A stretch of 64,000 nt of DNA from Pyrinomonadaceae bacterium. Its GTDB lineage: Bacteria; Acidobacteriota; Blastocatellia; Pyrinomonadales; Pyrinomonadaceae. A model generated the notes under the pieces. The model saw nothing but the letters and a program-made list of their open reading frames with translations, had not been told where the DNA came from and searched no databases. This document shows positions 34,486 through 43,862 of this stretch, in pieces. Numbering within the stretch: the stretch's first letter is position 1; the number at the start of each line of letters is the position of its first letter. The DNA lies in contig OY969701.1 in the NCBI GenBank assembly GCA_963702045.1, positions 3,886,452 to 3,950,451 on the forward strand. Direction: 5' to 3'. The translations under genes were made by a program, and so were the position numbers.

Positions 34486-36531
34486 ATGTCTATCCACAAC
34501 ACCTTCGTCGCCGTATCAAAATTTTTCATCTCAACCGGATTTATCTTCGCTGCGCTGCTGCTGGTGAGCCAGACCGCTCTAGCGCAGCCGACCGGTGAAT
34601 GGACCATCGTCAACAGCCCTAACCCGGGACCCGGCGCCAGCCGGCTCAGCGGGGTCGCGCCCGTTTCCGCCAGTGATATCTGGGCAGTCGGGCATTACCT
34701 GCCAAGCGGAGGTTCCGATTTCGAGAACCTGGCGATGCGCTGGAACGGTTCGCAGTGGACCGTTGTTCCCACTCCGCACTCGAACGTGTCGCCGACAAAC
34801 ATTCTGAAAAAGGTGATTGCTCTGTCGACCAACGATGTCTGGGCGGTGGGCGGACATCAACACGCCTACACGCTGCACTGGAATGGATCTGCCTGGAGCT
34901 TAATCAACATTGGAGACATACCGGGCGGCATTACGCCTTCGCTCAACGACATCTCGGCCGTCGCGCCGAACGACATCTGGGCAGTGGGCCATTACGCCGC
35001 GGACACTGGACGTGTCAGCACCGTCATCATGCACTGGGACGGGAACGCCTGGACGCGCGTCCCGAGCCCCGATGCGACGGTGAGCGGCGGCCCGCCGCGC
35101 TCCAGCTTTCTTTGGAGCGTAAAAGCGATTTCGGCGAACAACGTTTGGGCCGTCGGTGAATATCTGGTCGGCAACGACTCGTTCACCTTGATCGAACACT
35201 GGAACGGAACTAACTGGAGCATCGTGCCGAGCCCGAACGGAGCAACCGGCGACGGGCGACTCTTTGGCATCGGCGCCAGCTCAGCTACCGACATTTGGGC
35301 AGTCGGCGAGCACAACATCACAGATTTCAATGGCTATGGAAGCTCGCTGGCGCTGCGTTGGAACGGTACGCAGTGGTCGGTTGTTCCAACACCGACATCC
35401 GGGATTCAGAACGATACCAGTCGTCTCTCCGCCGTGACAGCGTTATCAGCAACCGACGCCTGGGCGGTCGGCACGGCAATCAACGCGACCTCTGGACTCA
35501 GCACATTTATTGTTCATTGGAACGGAACGCAGTGGACTCGCGTTGCCAGCCCCAGCGTGCCACCCGCAGGAAGCACAGGCTGGAATCAGCTTCAGGACAT
35601 CGCGGCCGTCTCGCCCGGAAATCTCTGGACGGTCGGTTACGGTCAGCCGTCTTTCGGAACGCCGCACATTACGATCACAGAGCATTTCACGAATGGTCTT
35701 TCCGGCCTTCAGAGCTTTGACATAGACGGCGATGGCCGTACCGACCCGGCTGTCTTTCGTCCTTCCAATGGCAACTGGTATTCGCTGGGAAGTACGAGCG
35801 GCGCGCAACAACAGTACTGGGGACTTGCCAGCGACAAATTCGTGCCGGGCGATTACGACGGCGACGGCAACTCGGACATCGCGGTCTTCCGTCCGACCGA
35901 TGGCAATTGGTACGTCCTCAGAAGCAGCGGCGGAATGCTGAGCCAGGGATGGGGACAAGCCGGCGACATCCCGCTCAAAGGCGATTACGACGGCGATAAT
36001 AAGAATGATTTTGCAGTCTTCCGTCCTTCCGAAAACAATTGGTACATCCTGAAGAGCAGCGGCGGCACGATCGGACAAAATTGGGGGGCCAGCGGCGATC
36101 AACCGGTCTCCGGGGACTTTGACGGCGACGGCAATACGGACATAGCCGTCTTTCGTCCATCGAACGGCAATTGGTACATCATGAAAAGCAGCGGCGGAGT
36201 GCTTTCGCAGAATTGGGGATTGAGCGGAGACAAGCTCGTTCCGGGAGACTACGACGCGGATGGAAAGACTGACATTGCCGTCTTCCGACCGTCGACTGCG
36301 GGCTGGTACGTTCTGAACAGTTCGGGTGGGACGACCAGTCTCAATTGGGGACTCAGCACCGACATACCCGCATCCGGAGACTACGACGGCGACAGCAAAA
36401 CCGACGTCGCGGTCTGGCGTCCGTCAAACGGCAGCTGGTACATCCGGAAGAGCAGCGATGGAAACACCATGACCCATGCTCTCGGAACCAGCGGTGACGT
36501 TCCGGTTTCGTCGGACTACATTTCGCAGTAG
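34486..36531 (+). CDS. secreted two-propeller protein: WxVG/WNGxxW repeats plus C-terminal FG-GAP/VCBS-like repeats
   Basis: Signal peptide. About seven repeats of ..D(I/V)WAVG...HWNG(T/S)xW..VPSP. From about 35716 there are six 44-aa repeats GDYDGDGxxDIAVFRPSxGNWY..SSGG...NWG..GD.PV. Confidence 0.88.
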   Translation: MSIHNTFVAVSKFFISTGFIFAALLLVSQTALAQPTGEWTIVNSPNPGPGASRLSGVAPVSASDIWAVGHYLPSGGSDFENLAMRWNGSQWTVVPTPHSNVSPTNILKKVIALSTNDVWAVGGHQHAYTLHWNGSAWSLINIGDIPGGITPSLNDISAVAPNDIWAVGHYAADTGRVSTVIMHWDGNAWTRVPSPDATVSGGPPRSSFLWSVKAISANNVWAVGEYLVGNDSFTLIEHWNGTNWSIVPSPNGATGDGRLFGIGASSATDIWAVGEHNITDFNGYGSSLALRWNGTQWSVVPTPTSGIQNDTSRLSAVTALSATDAWAVGTAINATSGLSTFIVHWNGTQWTRVASPSVPPAGSTGWNQLQDIAAVSPGNLWTVGYGQPSFGTPHITITEHFTNGLSGLQSFDIDGDGRTDPAVFRPSNGNWYSLGSTSGAQQQYWGLASDKFVPGDYDGDGNSDIAVFRPTDGNWYVLRSSGGMLSQGWGQAGDIPLKGDYDGDNKNDFAVFRPSENNWYILKSSGGTIGQNWGASGDQPVSGDFDGDGNTDIAVFRPSNGNWYIMKSSGGVLSQNWGLSGDKLVPGDYDADGKTDIAVFRPSTAGWYVLNSSGGTTSLNWGLSTDIPASGDYDGDSKTDVAVWRPSNGSWYIRKSSDGNTMTHALGTSGDVPVSSDYISQ

Positions 36532-36547
36532 AGCAGGGAATCTATGA

Positions 36548-36665
36548 ATGAACCACGAAACACGCGAACAAATGAAAGACAAATCACACGAAACGCGAAG
36601 AGTAGCCGAGTTCGCAGTCATTTTCGTGTGATTTCGTCTTCGTTTGGTGTGTTTCGTGGTTCGTC
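36548..36665. repeat. Family D MITE-like palindromic element, copy 3 of 4
   Basis: GAACCACGAAACAC ... GTGTTTCGTGGTTCGTC with AAATCACACGAAAC / TTTCGTGTGATTTCG boxes. Begins 17 nt after the stop at 36531. Confidence 0.9.
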
Positions 36666-36844
36666 CCTCACTTAGCCCAAACTGCACCCATTCTCGAAAT
36701 TCCGCACGTAGTATGAAAGGTGTCGATCGCTAAGCTGTGTCGCTAATGCATTCGCGTGGTCGGCAACCCATTGATCCAAGTAACGATCCAAGTCCTGCAA
36801 CCTTCTTTTCAGAATTCACTCCAGGCGTCAGAAAGAAAATTACG

Positions 36845-37807
36845 ATGATTAGATATTTCCTCTTAGGATTTCTGGCATTCACTTTTTACCTGGCGGCTCA
36901 GCCTGTCCGGGCTCAGCCGGCAAGCTGCGATAAAGAGTGTGTGACCACGATCAGGTCGCTGCTCGAACAGCAGAAGCACGGTATTTCCGTCAGCTGGCTT
37001 GAAAGAGCGAACAGCCGCTTGGGCGACAGCGTTTCCGTGGGAGTGCAGAAGATTTTCGCGGGTCGAAATATCGCGAGTCCGAAAAACGTAAGGCCGAACC
37101 TTCCGATACTTGTTCAAGCTTTCCGGTCACCCGAGATGATCACGGACGCGGAAAATAAGTCGCCAACATCTACTATCAAACTTCTTGATACTTTGAGCCG
37201 TGATCTGCGAGACGCCTATTTGAGAGAGGAGATCATCCGGACACGGGATGCGATATTGAATCTGACGAAGCAGGCTACGAGTAAGACCCAGGCGCACAGC
37301 CGAAACATGACCGACGCTGAAGTGATCGAAGCGTTGGCGTCAGACGATAGAGACTTAGTTGAGCGTGCAGTGAGTGAGGTAATGCTGGGTGGCGAACGAC
37401 TGATTCCATTATTCGTGAAACTCAAAGGCGATCGCCGCTGCTTCGCAGCAATAAGAAAGCTTGGAGAGTGGGGACCTGGAAACATTCGTTTTGATCCTCG
37501 CAATCGCGAGTTATGCGCGAAGGATCCAGACGCAATTACTGTCGAGGTCGCAGCGTTGTTCCTGATCTCAGCGATTTACTACAACGACCTGGAATTCGCC
37601 ACGCCTCCATCGCTTTGCGACCGCGCCAGCCCGCACGACAACCGTGGATATCGTTGTGCTGGTGATAAAAGTAATACGAGAGAGCGGGTGGAGAAGGCGT
37701 GGATAGCAGTCGAGAAATGGATCAGCGAGATCGAGACAAACGGAATCGAATCGTTACGAGAGAGAAAACGCGACCCACTCGCAGGTTCCGAGATAGCTTT
37801 TTACTAA
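36845..37807 (+). CDS. secreted hypothetical protein
   Basis: Start moved to MIRYFLLGFLAFTFYLAAQPVRAQ (signal peptide). 320 aa of normal composition. No motif recognised. Confidence 0.6.
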   Translation: MIRYFLLGFLAFTFYLAAQPVRAQPASCDKECVTTIRSLLEQQKHGISVSWLERANSRLGDSVSVGVQKIFAGRNIASPKNVRPNLPILVQAFRSPEMITDAENKSPTSTIKLLDTLSRDLRDAYLREEIIRTRDAILNLTKQATSKTQAHSRNMTDAEVIEALASDDRDLVERAVSEVMLGGERLIPLFVKLKGDRRCFAAIRKLGEWGPGNIRFDPRNRELCAKDPDAITVEVAALFLISAIYYNDLEFATPPSLCDRASPHDNRGYRCAGDKSNTRERVEKAWIAVEKWISEIETNGIESLRERKRDPLAGSEIAFY

Positions 37808-37842
37808 AGGAAGCTCTGATTAGATAATTCGATCAGTCTCTC

Positions 37843-37926
37843 GGGGCGGTAGCCCGACTGTGAAGGAGGGCTCGCTCGCAGAACTAGCCGGGCAGGAGCC
37901 CTCCTTAACAGTCGGGCTACTGCCCC
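37843..37926. repeat. Family J palindromic element (single copy here)
   Basis: GGGGCGGTAGCCCGACTGTGAAGGAGGGCTC ... GAGCCCTCCTTAACAGTCGGGCTACTGCCCC, 31-nt arms with 2 mismatches. Confidence 0.8.
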
Positions 37927-38021
37927 GGTTAAATAGCCCAAATTCGAATCGCGCGATCCTTTCCAATACGTTTGCCAAACGACAATGGCGAATTTGCCGG
38001 AGTTGAAATCCTGCCGGTCTA

Positions 38022-38064
38022 CGGTCGCGACAAGCTCGTCGTCCAATGCGCGTTTGATGTTCTC
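38022..38064 (-). pseudogene. 43-nt relic of an S9-peptidase 3' end (direct repeat of 39387..39429)
   Basis: 39 of 43 nt are identical to the 3' coding region of the peptidase gene. Both encode [11 protein letters not shown](D/G)EL on the minus strand. The flanks are unrelated. Confidence 0.5.
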
Positions 38065-38217
38065 GGAGCGACGGGAACGACATGACACACTGGCTGGGAA
38101 CTAACAGAAATGTCTGGGTTTGATCGTATTATCTTTCGCGGTAGAGATTGACAGGCGGGTGTCGGAATCAAGGATTTGAACTCTAAACGCCATCGATGCC
38201 ATTTCTTCAAACAAGTA

Positions 38218-39204
38218 TCAAGGCGAGTAGCACATTCCAGTGCATGGATATTGCCAAAGAGTGCCGCAGCCCGAGGTCGTACGTTTGCAGATGTTGCTGA
38301 AGCAGTCATAAGCCGCACACCAATCAGAATCATGTGAACATTGACACTTTTGATTAGGATCGGGCTCGGGCTCCAGGCCATCGAGCGAACCAGATTCTGG
38401 AGTACCCAGCGTTCCGAAAATTTCGCCTCCTTCATTTTTGGAAAACACGGCCACTGCTCGCTTGTTCAGCGCTTGCAACGGTATGTCTACCTGAGCTTTC
38501 CAAAGCGGATTCTCAGAAGATAAGCTGAAAAACTCCGGCGAGGCCAAAGACATCGCATTCACGAGCACCTCGCGTTGTGCTTCATTCAGACTCGATCGGA
38601 AAGCAAGATTGAGAGCCAGATGTACTCTCCAAAGGTCGCTTTTATCCGTACTACCGGCTTTCGCAAACAATTCTTTCCGATGTGACAAAGACTGTTCCGA
38701 GAAACCGATATACTTTCTAAGAAGTGATGATTCGACTTCATCATCACCGATGTTAGCGAGGATGCGAGCTGCTTCATTCCGGGGAAACGCTTTCAGAGCT
38801 CGCTGCCTGAGCAATTGCAGCGGTTCAGCCACCTTTACACGCCAGTTGGGATTCTCGCTAGTTATTGTAAACAGCTCAGGACTGGCCAAAGAGATACTAT
38901 CTAAAATAATTCTTTGCTGTTCTGCTTGTAATTCAGGCAGCCTTGCGAGAGACAGTGCCAAATGAACGCGCCACAAGGCGCTTTTCTCAGCCGCCGTCGC
39001 CTGAACAAAAGCGTCTTGTCTCTCAGACAGAGCAAGCGCAGCAATGTCCAAATATTTCTGCAGATAACCTTGCTCTACAACGTTCGTTCCTTTATCCGCA
39101 CCTTGTATCTGTATTGGTTTTTGTGATCGGACAATCGATGCGGTCGAACAAGCTAATACAACAGTGAGAAGAAGCATCAACGTGCGAGACTTGACACAAA
39201 ACAT
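38218..39204 (-). CDS. fulvocin-C-like bacteriocin precursor (signal peptide, two ~100-aa repeats, 8-Cys C-terminal domain)
   Basis: Signal MFCVKSRTLMLLLTVVLACSTA. Internal duplication (KSALWRVHLALSLA...LASPELFTITSENPNWRVKV versus KSDLWRVHLALNLA...LASPEFFSLSSENPLWKAQV). The tail CQCSHDSDWCAAYDCFSNICKRTTSGCGTLWQYPCTGMCYSP matches my recollection of fulvocin C (..CSCSTASDYC...TGCGTGWVYCAC..). Confidence 0.7.
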   Translation of the reverse strand: MFCVKSRTLMLLLTVVLACSTASIVRSQKPIQIQGADKGTNVVEQGYLQKYLDIAALALSERQDAFVQATAAEKSALWRVHLALSLARLPELQAEQQRIILDSISLASPELFTITSENPNWRVKVAEPLQLLRQRALKAFPRNEAARILANIGDDEVESSLLRKYIGFSEQSLSHRKELFAKAGSTDKSDLWRVHLALNLAFRSSLNEAQREVLVNAMSLASPEFFSLSSENPLWKAQVDIPLQALNKRAVAVFSKNEGGEIFGTLGTPESGSLDGLEPEPDPNQKCQCSHDSDWCAAYDCFSNICKRTTSGCGTLWQYPCTGMCYSP

Positions 39205-39247
39205 TTTAGGATCTCCTTGTGTGGGTGGGTGAAAGAGGACCGAACAG

Positions 39248-39277
39248 ATTGTAGGTGACCGCCCGCAGTGAAGTCAA
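39248..39277 (-). promoter_or_regulatory. sigma-70-like promoter candidate for the fulvocin-like gene
   Basis: On the minus strand: TTGACT (39277..39272), 18-nt spacer, TACAAT (39253..39248), about 45 nt upstream of the ATG. AAGGAG Shine-Dalgarno sequence precedes the start. CCTACAATCTGT also occurs at about 34062..34073 on the minus strand. Confidence 0.4.
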
Positions 39278-39314
39278 GGAACTTTGTCCCCGGGTAGCGG
39301 GGTAGTTTGATCCG

Positions 39315-41267
39315 TCAGAGATTCTCAATCTCGACGGGCTCGACCTCATCCGCTAAATCAAACTTAAAAACTTTTGAGTAAAAGTAAAGCTCGCCGTCCA
39401 ACGCGCGTTTGATGTTTTCAGAGCGACGGAATCCGTGTTGCTCGCCTTCGAACGGAACGTACGCGACCGGAAGGCCTTTGGCTTTCACCGCTTCGAACAT
39501 CCGCTCGGCCTGGTCGGGCGGTACTACCTTGTCTTCCAATCCCTGGAACAGAATCATCGGACAGGCCAGCTGGTCTGTGAAGTTGATCGGCGAACGTTCG
39601 AGATACAGATCGCGTCGTTCGGGATACGGTCCGATCAAACCATCCAGATATCGCGATTCGAATTTGTGTGTGTCTTTCGCCAGCGCTTCGGCGTCGCTGA
39701 CTCCGTAATGACTGGCGCCCGCGGCAAAAACTTTGCGAAACGTCAGCGCGGCGAGAGTTGTGTATCCGCCCGCGCTGCCGCCGCGAATCGCCAGCCGCTT
39801 TTTATCCGCGCGTCCCTGTTCCGCCAGAAACAGCGCGCCGCCGCCGCAATCGTCGACGTCGACTATTCCCCATTTGTCTCGCAACCTCTCGCGATACGCG
39901 CGGCCGTAGCCGGTGCTTCCTCCGTAGTTCATATCGAGCACGGCGATTCCGCGGCTGGTCCAATACTGGATCGAGAGCCGAAGCGCAGTCGTCGTAGCCG
40001 AAGTCGGCCCGCCGTGGCTGATGACCAGAAGCGGCGGACGTTCGCCTTCGGGAGCGACGAAGTCTTTGTTTCGCGGCGCATAATAGAATCCGTGCGCAGT
40101 AGCGCCGTCTTCGGCCGGGAATTCGATCGGCTCCGGGATCGCCAGGTAACCTTCATCCATCTTGATACTGCTGGAAGTTCGCAGCGTCTCGAACTTGCCT
40201 GAAGCGAGATCAAGCAGGACCACCGAATCCGCAATAGTCGGCGAGGCGGCGCACATGATGGCTTTGCCGGGCTGCACGCGAAGGTAAGCGATTTCGGTGT
40301 AGGGATTTTCGATCGGTGAAAGCCGGCGAGTGCCGGTGTCGAGGCTCGAAAGGTGCCAATCGCCGTTTTGGTTGTACGCACAAATTATTCGATCAGCCGA
40401 TTCGAAATCGTAAACCGAAAGACCGAATACCCATTGCGGCTCGCCGAACTCGACGTCCAGGGCGGTTACCGTCTCCGCTTCGACAGTCGGGCCGTTCTCG
40501 CCCAGTCGGTAAAGGTTCCACCATCCGGTCGTGTCAGAAGCGAAGTAAAGCCGCCCGTCGGGTGACCATTCCGGCTGAAAGATCGATTCGCCCGCGCCGC
40601 CTGCACCACCTGCAATGTGGGCTGAGCTCTCTACCGTTCCGTCCGGATTGAGCTCGCCGATCCACAACTCCGATTCATCCCAGGGCATGTTCGGGTGATT
40701 CCATTGCAGCCAGGCGAGCCTGGCGCCATCGTGGCTTAACCGAGGCGTTGAAAAGAAGTCGCTGCCCGAGGCGAGCACCTTCTGCGCTGAACCGTCGTTA
40801 AGATCGATGCTGACGATCGTGTTGACCGCCTCTCGATCGCTTTGCGAATGATCTTCTCGGACGCAGATCAAACAATTGCGTCCGCGGTCAACCACCGCTT
40901 CTGCGTAACGCATCTCGGCGGCCGGAGTCAGTGGCTGCGGCGCTTCGCCGACGATTTGCCGGTAAAGACGCTGGTCGTCGAAGTTGGAAAAATAAACAGT
41001 GCCGTGCGAAACGGTGAAGGAGCCTCCGCCGTATTCGTGAACTCGCGTGCGCGCATTGAACGGCGCCGGATTGACGTCGGTAATTTTTCCGTCCGGCGAT
41101 CGACGCACGATCACGTAGCGTCCGCCTTCGGAGGGCCGGCTTTCGAGCCAGTAAATATCGTCGCCGTCGAACAGAGGCTCGCTCAAACCGATCGTGCCCG
41201 AAATAATTAGGTCTGAGGTAATCGGCGATTTCCACGAGCCGTAAGGTTTAGTCTGTTTGTCCGTCAT
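39315..41267 (-). CDS. S9-family serine peptidase (prolyl oligopeptidase/dipeptidyl peptidase type)
   Basis: N-terminal beta-propeller region, then an alpha/beta hydrolase with GGSAGGYT nucleophile elbow and downstream D and H (EGEQHGF). Confidence 0.93.
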   Translation of the reverse strand: MTDKQTKPYGSWKSPITSDLIISGTIGLSEPLFDGDDIYWLESRPSEGGRYVIVRRSPDGKITDVNPAPFNARTRVHEYGGGSFTVSHGTVYFSNFDDQRLYRQIVGEAPQPLTPAAEMRYAEAVVDRGRNCLICVREDHSQSDREAVNTIVSIDLNDGSAQKVLASGSDFFSTPRLSHDGARLAWLQWNHPNMPWDESELWIGELNPDGTVESSAHIAGGAGGAGESIFQPEWSPDGRLYFASDTTGWWNLYRLGENGPTVEAETVTALDVEFGEPQWVFGLSVYDFESADRIICAYNQNGDWHLSSLDTGTRRLSPIENPYTEIAYLRVQPGKAIMCAASPTIADSVVLLDLASGKFETLRTSSSIKMDEGYLAIPEPIEFPAEDGATAHGFYYAPRNKDFVAPEGERPPLLVISHGGPTSATTTALRLSIQYWTSRGIAVLDMNYGGSTGYGRAYRERLRDKWGIVDVDDCGGGALFLAEQGRADKKRLAIRGGSAGGYTTLAALTFRKVFAAGASHYGVSDAEALAKDTHKFESRYLDGLIGPYPERRDLYLERSPINFTDQLACPMILFQGLEDKVVPPDQAERMFEAVKAKGLPVAYVPFEGEQHGFRRSENIKRALDGELYFYSKVFKFDLADEVEPVEIENL

Positions 41268-41358
41268 GAGTTTCCCTTGATCTTCTAACTTTAGAATTTG
41301 TCCAATTCAGTGGCTTGAGCATTCAACCCTCATCGCCACATCTCACCTCTCCCACCAT

Positions 41359-41456
41359 GCAGTCAGGAAGGGGACCCTGTCTCCGCTTCTTAAGCTCTTT
41401 ATTTCAGCTTTGAGATCTGTTTGTTAGGCGGGGACAGGGTCCCGTTCCTGACTGCG
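41359..41456. repeat. Family A palindromic element, copy 3 of 3
   Basis: Arms carry one substitution each relative to copies 1 and 2. The loop is unrelated. Confidence 0.9.
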
Positions 41457-41509
41457 TTAGGTAGAGCAAATAGCTGACTCAGGCCGCCTGAGCTAAGTCA
41501 GCAGACTTC

Positions 41510-42397
41510 TCATGCACCGCATCCGCACCCAATCACATCGACCGCTTTATTGCCTTTGATTTCGTAAACGGTCTTCCAATTCCCTTCGTAATACTCGCCC
41601 GAGGTAATAACTTCCATTACACCGTCGCCGTTCAGGTCCAGAACCGCCACCAGCTTAAACTCATCCGGTGCAGTAAATCTTTCTGTCTTCTTATGGTATT
41701 CCTCGTCCAGCATAATGTTCTGGACCTTTCCGAGATTCATCTTCCTTAACATCACGAACGAGTAGTCGCCGGCGCTGGGGTCTGGCGTGATGGTATTGCT
41801 GTTGCCCCATCGATTGACGCGACTCGCTTGTATCAATACTTCTTCAACGCCATCGCCTTCCAAATCTATACGCACTATCTTCAATATCTTCACGTCAGGC
41901 CGGCCAATTCCCTTTGACCTGAGATGGGCCGCCACAACATTGCGATAGACCGGCGAGTTCGTATTCTCCGACTTCGGTATTCGCGGCATCGGATTCCATT
42001 TCCCGGGAAAACCGATGTACGGCTTCCCTTCCGACAACGATAAGAAAAACTCCTGCGGGATGTCGACGTAGAGCGTGTCTTCGCACGGAGGGCCCTGCGA
42101 CTTCGGTTTGCCGCCGGTTACGTTTTTGTTGTCCTCGCCCTTCAAATCGAAGAGACGATACTTGTCGCCGCCGCTCATCCGCGTAGCCATCTCTTCCGCC
42201 TTTACCCACTTGCCGTCAACCGATCCGCCGAGCAGACAGCCGCCTTCCATGTCTACGATTGGGACAGCGGTGGTGGTGGATTGCTTAAGAGGCGCCGGAG
42301 ATTTGCTGCCAACTGGTCCAGTCAAGCTCGCATATGCCATCGCCGTCGCAGCCAATAGCAACACAAGCGCAAAGATCGTCGATCGTCGGTTTATCAA
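41510..42397 (-). CDS. secreted hypothetical protein with two DxDGDG-type loops
   Basis: TTG start lies 7 nt after AGGAG. Signal peptide FALVLLLAATAMAYA. Contains IDLEGDGVEEVLI and LDLNGDGVMEVIT. No enzyme motif. Confidence 0.65.
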   Translation of the reverse strand: MINRRSTIFALVLLLAATAMAYASLTGPVGSKSPAPLKQSTTTAVPIVDMEGGCLLGGSVDGKWVKAEEMATRMSGGDKYRLFDLKGEDNKNVTGGKPKSQGPPCEDTLYVDIPQEFFLSLSEGKPYIGFPGKWNPMPRIPKSENTNSPVYRNVVAAHLRSKGIGRPDVKILKIVRIDLEGDGVEEVLIQASRVNRWGNSNTITPDPSAGDYSFVMLRKMNLGKVQNIMLDEEYHKKTERFTAPDEFKLVAVLDLNGDGVMEVITSGEYYEGNWKTVYEIKGNKAVDVIGCGCGA

Positions 42398-42429
42398 ATT
42401 GTTCTCCTGTTTGGCACTGGTTCAGCTTG

Positions 42430-42513
42430 ATGTCCGACAAGCTTTAGCTCGTCGTTGACTTTCTTTCATGTTCAATTGGCGACGTCAGCGACAAACTAAA
42501 GTTTGTCGGACAT
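42430..42513. repeat. Family B bipartite palindromic element
   Basis: TGTCCGACAAGCTTTAGCTCGTCG, a 34-nt spacer, CGACAAACTAAAGTTTGTCGGACAT. Confidence 0.9.
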
Positions 42514-42520
42514 TGGGACA

Positions 42521-43819
42521 TTAACGAAAACGTCTCGGACTCGTTGGCTTCAACTTCCACCACGGATCTTTGCCCGGACTGACAAAATAAATTACGCCGG
42601 CAAAATCATCCGTGAAAAGAAATGAATCGGTGCCCACCCTCAACACGTCGACAGGCCGGCCGTACACTTTTCCGTTTTGAAGAAATCCGTTGATAAAATC
42701 CTGCGGCACTCCTTTGTCGCGCACCCGCATGATCGCGTAGCCGCGTTTCATTCCCAAATCGGATGAGCCGTGAAGTCCCACCAAAAAGCTGTTCTTCAAT
42801 CGCTCGTCCGAAGTGGTCGCCGGAAAGTGCTCGAAACCAAGCGGCGAGCTGTGCGCACTGAATGCCGTGTAGCCGGTCGGCACGGTCGAACATTTTTTCC
42901 GGTCTTTCGTAAATTTCGGGTCGGGAAAAATTCGCCGGCGGTACTCGTAACAATACGGCCAACCATAATCCGTATTTCCGCGAATGGCGAACATCGTATC
43001 ATCCGGCTTGTTTTTCCCCAGATGATCCGAGCCCATATTTGTCGCGAACAGCCGCCCGTTCACCCATCGCACTCCAACCGCGTTGCGCAAACCTTTGGCG
43101 AAGATTCGGCGATTCGATCCGTCCGGATCCATCTCGAGAATCGTGGCGCGCACGTCCTCTTTTTCTTCGCACGCGTTACAGCTGCTTCCAACCGACAGGT
43201 ACAGTTTGCCGTTGTCGCCGAACGCGATCGTCCGAGTTAAGTGCCAACCGCCGTATTTGTAGCTCAAGCCGTAGTCGGGAAACGTCGCCAGAGTTTGCGG
43301 CAACCCCGACGGAGAATTCTCACCCGCTCGATATTTGTATCGCACCAGTTTGTCAGTCAGGGCGAGATAGAACCAGCTTTGTCCCGAATCGTCGGTGTAG
43401 AAAGCGCAGCTGTTCGGATTGCGCAATCCAGTCATGTACGGCGTGACTTTGGCGAAGCGGCCCGTTTCGGCGTTGAAGTCGTCGAGGATGTAAACCGCGC
43501 CGCGCGTGTTGTCGGCCAGGTTATACATGTCCGTCACGAAAATCCGCTTGTCCGGACTTCGGGACATAAAGCGAACTCGCTTGAGGCCCTCGGCGGCGAC
43601 TCGGATGTCGTAGCCCTCGGGGACATTTAGCTTAAATGCTTTGCCGTTTTTGAGAGCGATGCTGTGCGGAACCAGCTTCAGGTTTTGGGCAAGTGACGAT
43701 GACGGCAATATAAAAAGGATGATTGTTAATGTCGCGGTGAGTGCAGCGAGAAGACGGCGTTCCCGCAAAGGCGCCAAGGCGCCAAGAAGAACGGAAGGCC
43801 TGAAATTATCTGATGTCAC
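42521..43819 (-). CDS. PQQ-dependent sugar (sorbosone/glucose-type) dehydrogenase, secreted
   Basis: Signal peptide. Beta-propeller pattern with GLRNPNS, GLRNAVG, GSDHLG, YGWPYCY and HSSPLG. GTG start overlaps the nfo stop (GTGA). Confidence 0.75.
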   Translation of the reverse strand: MTSDNFRPSVLLGALAPLRERRLLAALTATLTIILFILPSSSLAQNLKLVPHSIALKNGKAFKLNVPEGYDIRVAAEGLKRVRFMSRSPDKRIFVTDMYNLADNTRGAVYILDDFNAETGRFAKVTPYMTGLRNPNSCAFYTDDSGQSWFYLALTDKLVRYKYRAGENSPSGLPQTLATFPDYGLSYKYGGWHLTRTIAFGDNGKLYLSVGSSCNACEEKEDVRATILEMDPDGSNRRIFAKGLRNAVGVRWVNGRLFATNMGSDHLGKNKPDDTMFAIRGNTDYGWPYCYEYRRRIFPDPKFTKDRKKCSTVPTGYTAFSAHSSPLGFEHFPATTSDERLKNSFLVGLHGSSDLGMKRGYAIMRVRDKGVPQDFINGFLQNGKVYGRPVDVLRVGTDSFLFTDDFAGVIYFVSPGKDPWWKLKPTSPRRFR

Positions 43820-43862
43820 GCTTTTGCTTTGCTCTTTCCTGGCGCCTTTGCGCCTTTGCCGG
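43762..43862. repeat. Family E palindromic element lying inside two coding sequences
   Basis: CCCGCAAAGGCGCCAAGGCGCCAAGAA ... TTCCTGGCGCCTTTGCGCCTTTGCCGG (24 of 27 complementary). The arms encode the tail of Nfo (GKGAKAPGK) and the N-terminus of the dehydrogenase (LGALAPLRE). Confidence 0.75.

Noticed and set aside
37804-38088. 94-aa ORF on the minus strand, considered as a gene.
   Set aside because: Only 14 residues ([14 protein letters not shown]) have any similarity to something real, namely the S9 peptidase tail. The rest runs through palindromic element J. I treat it as a relic fragment.
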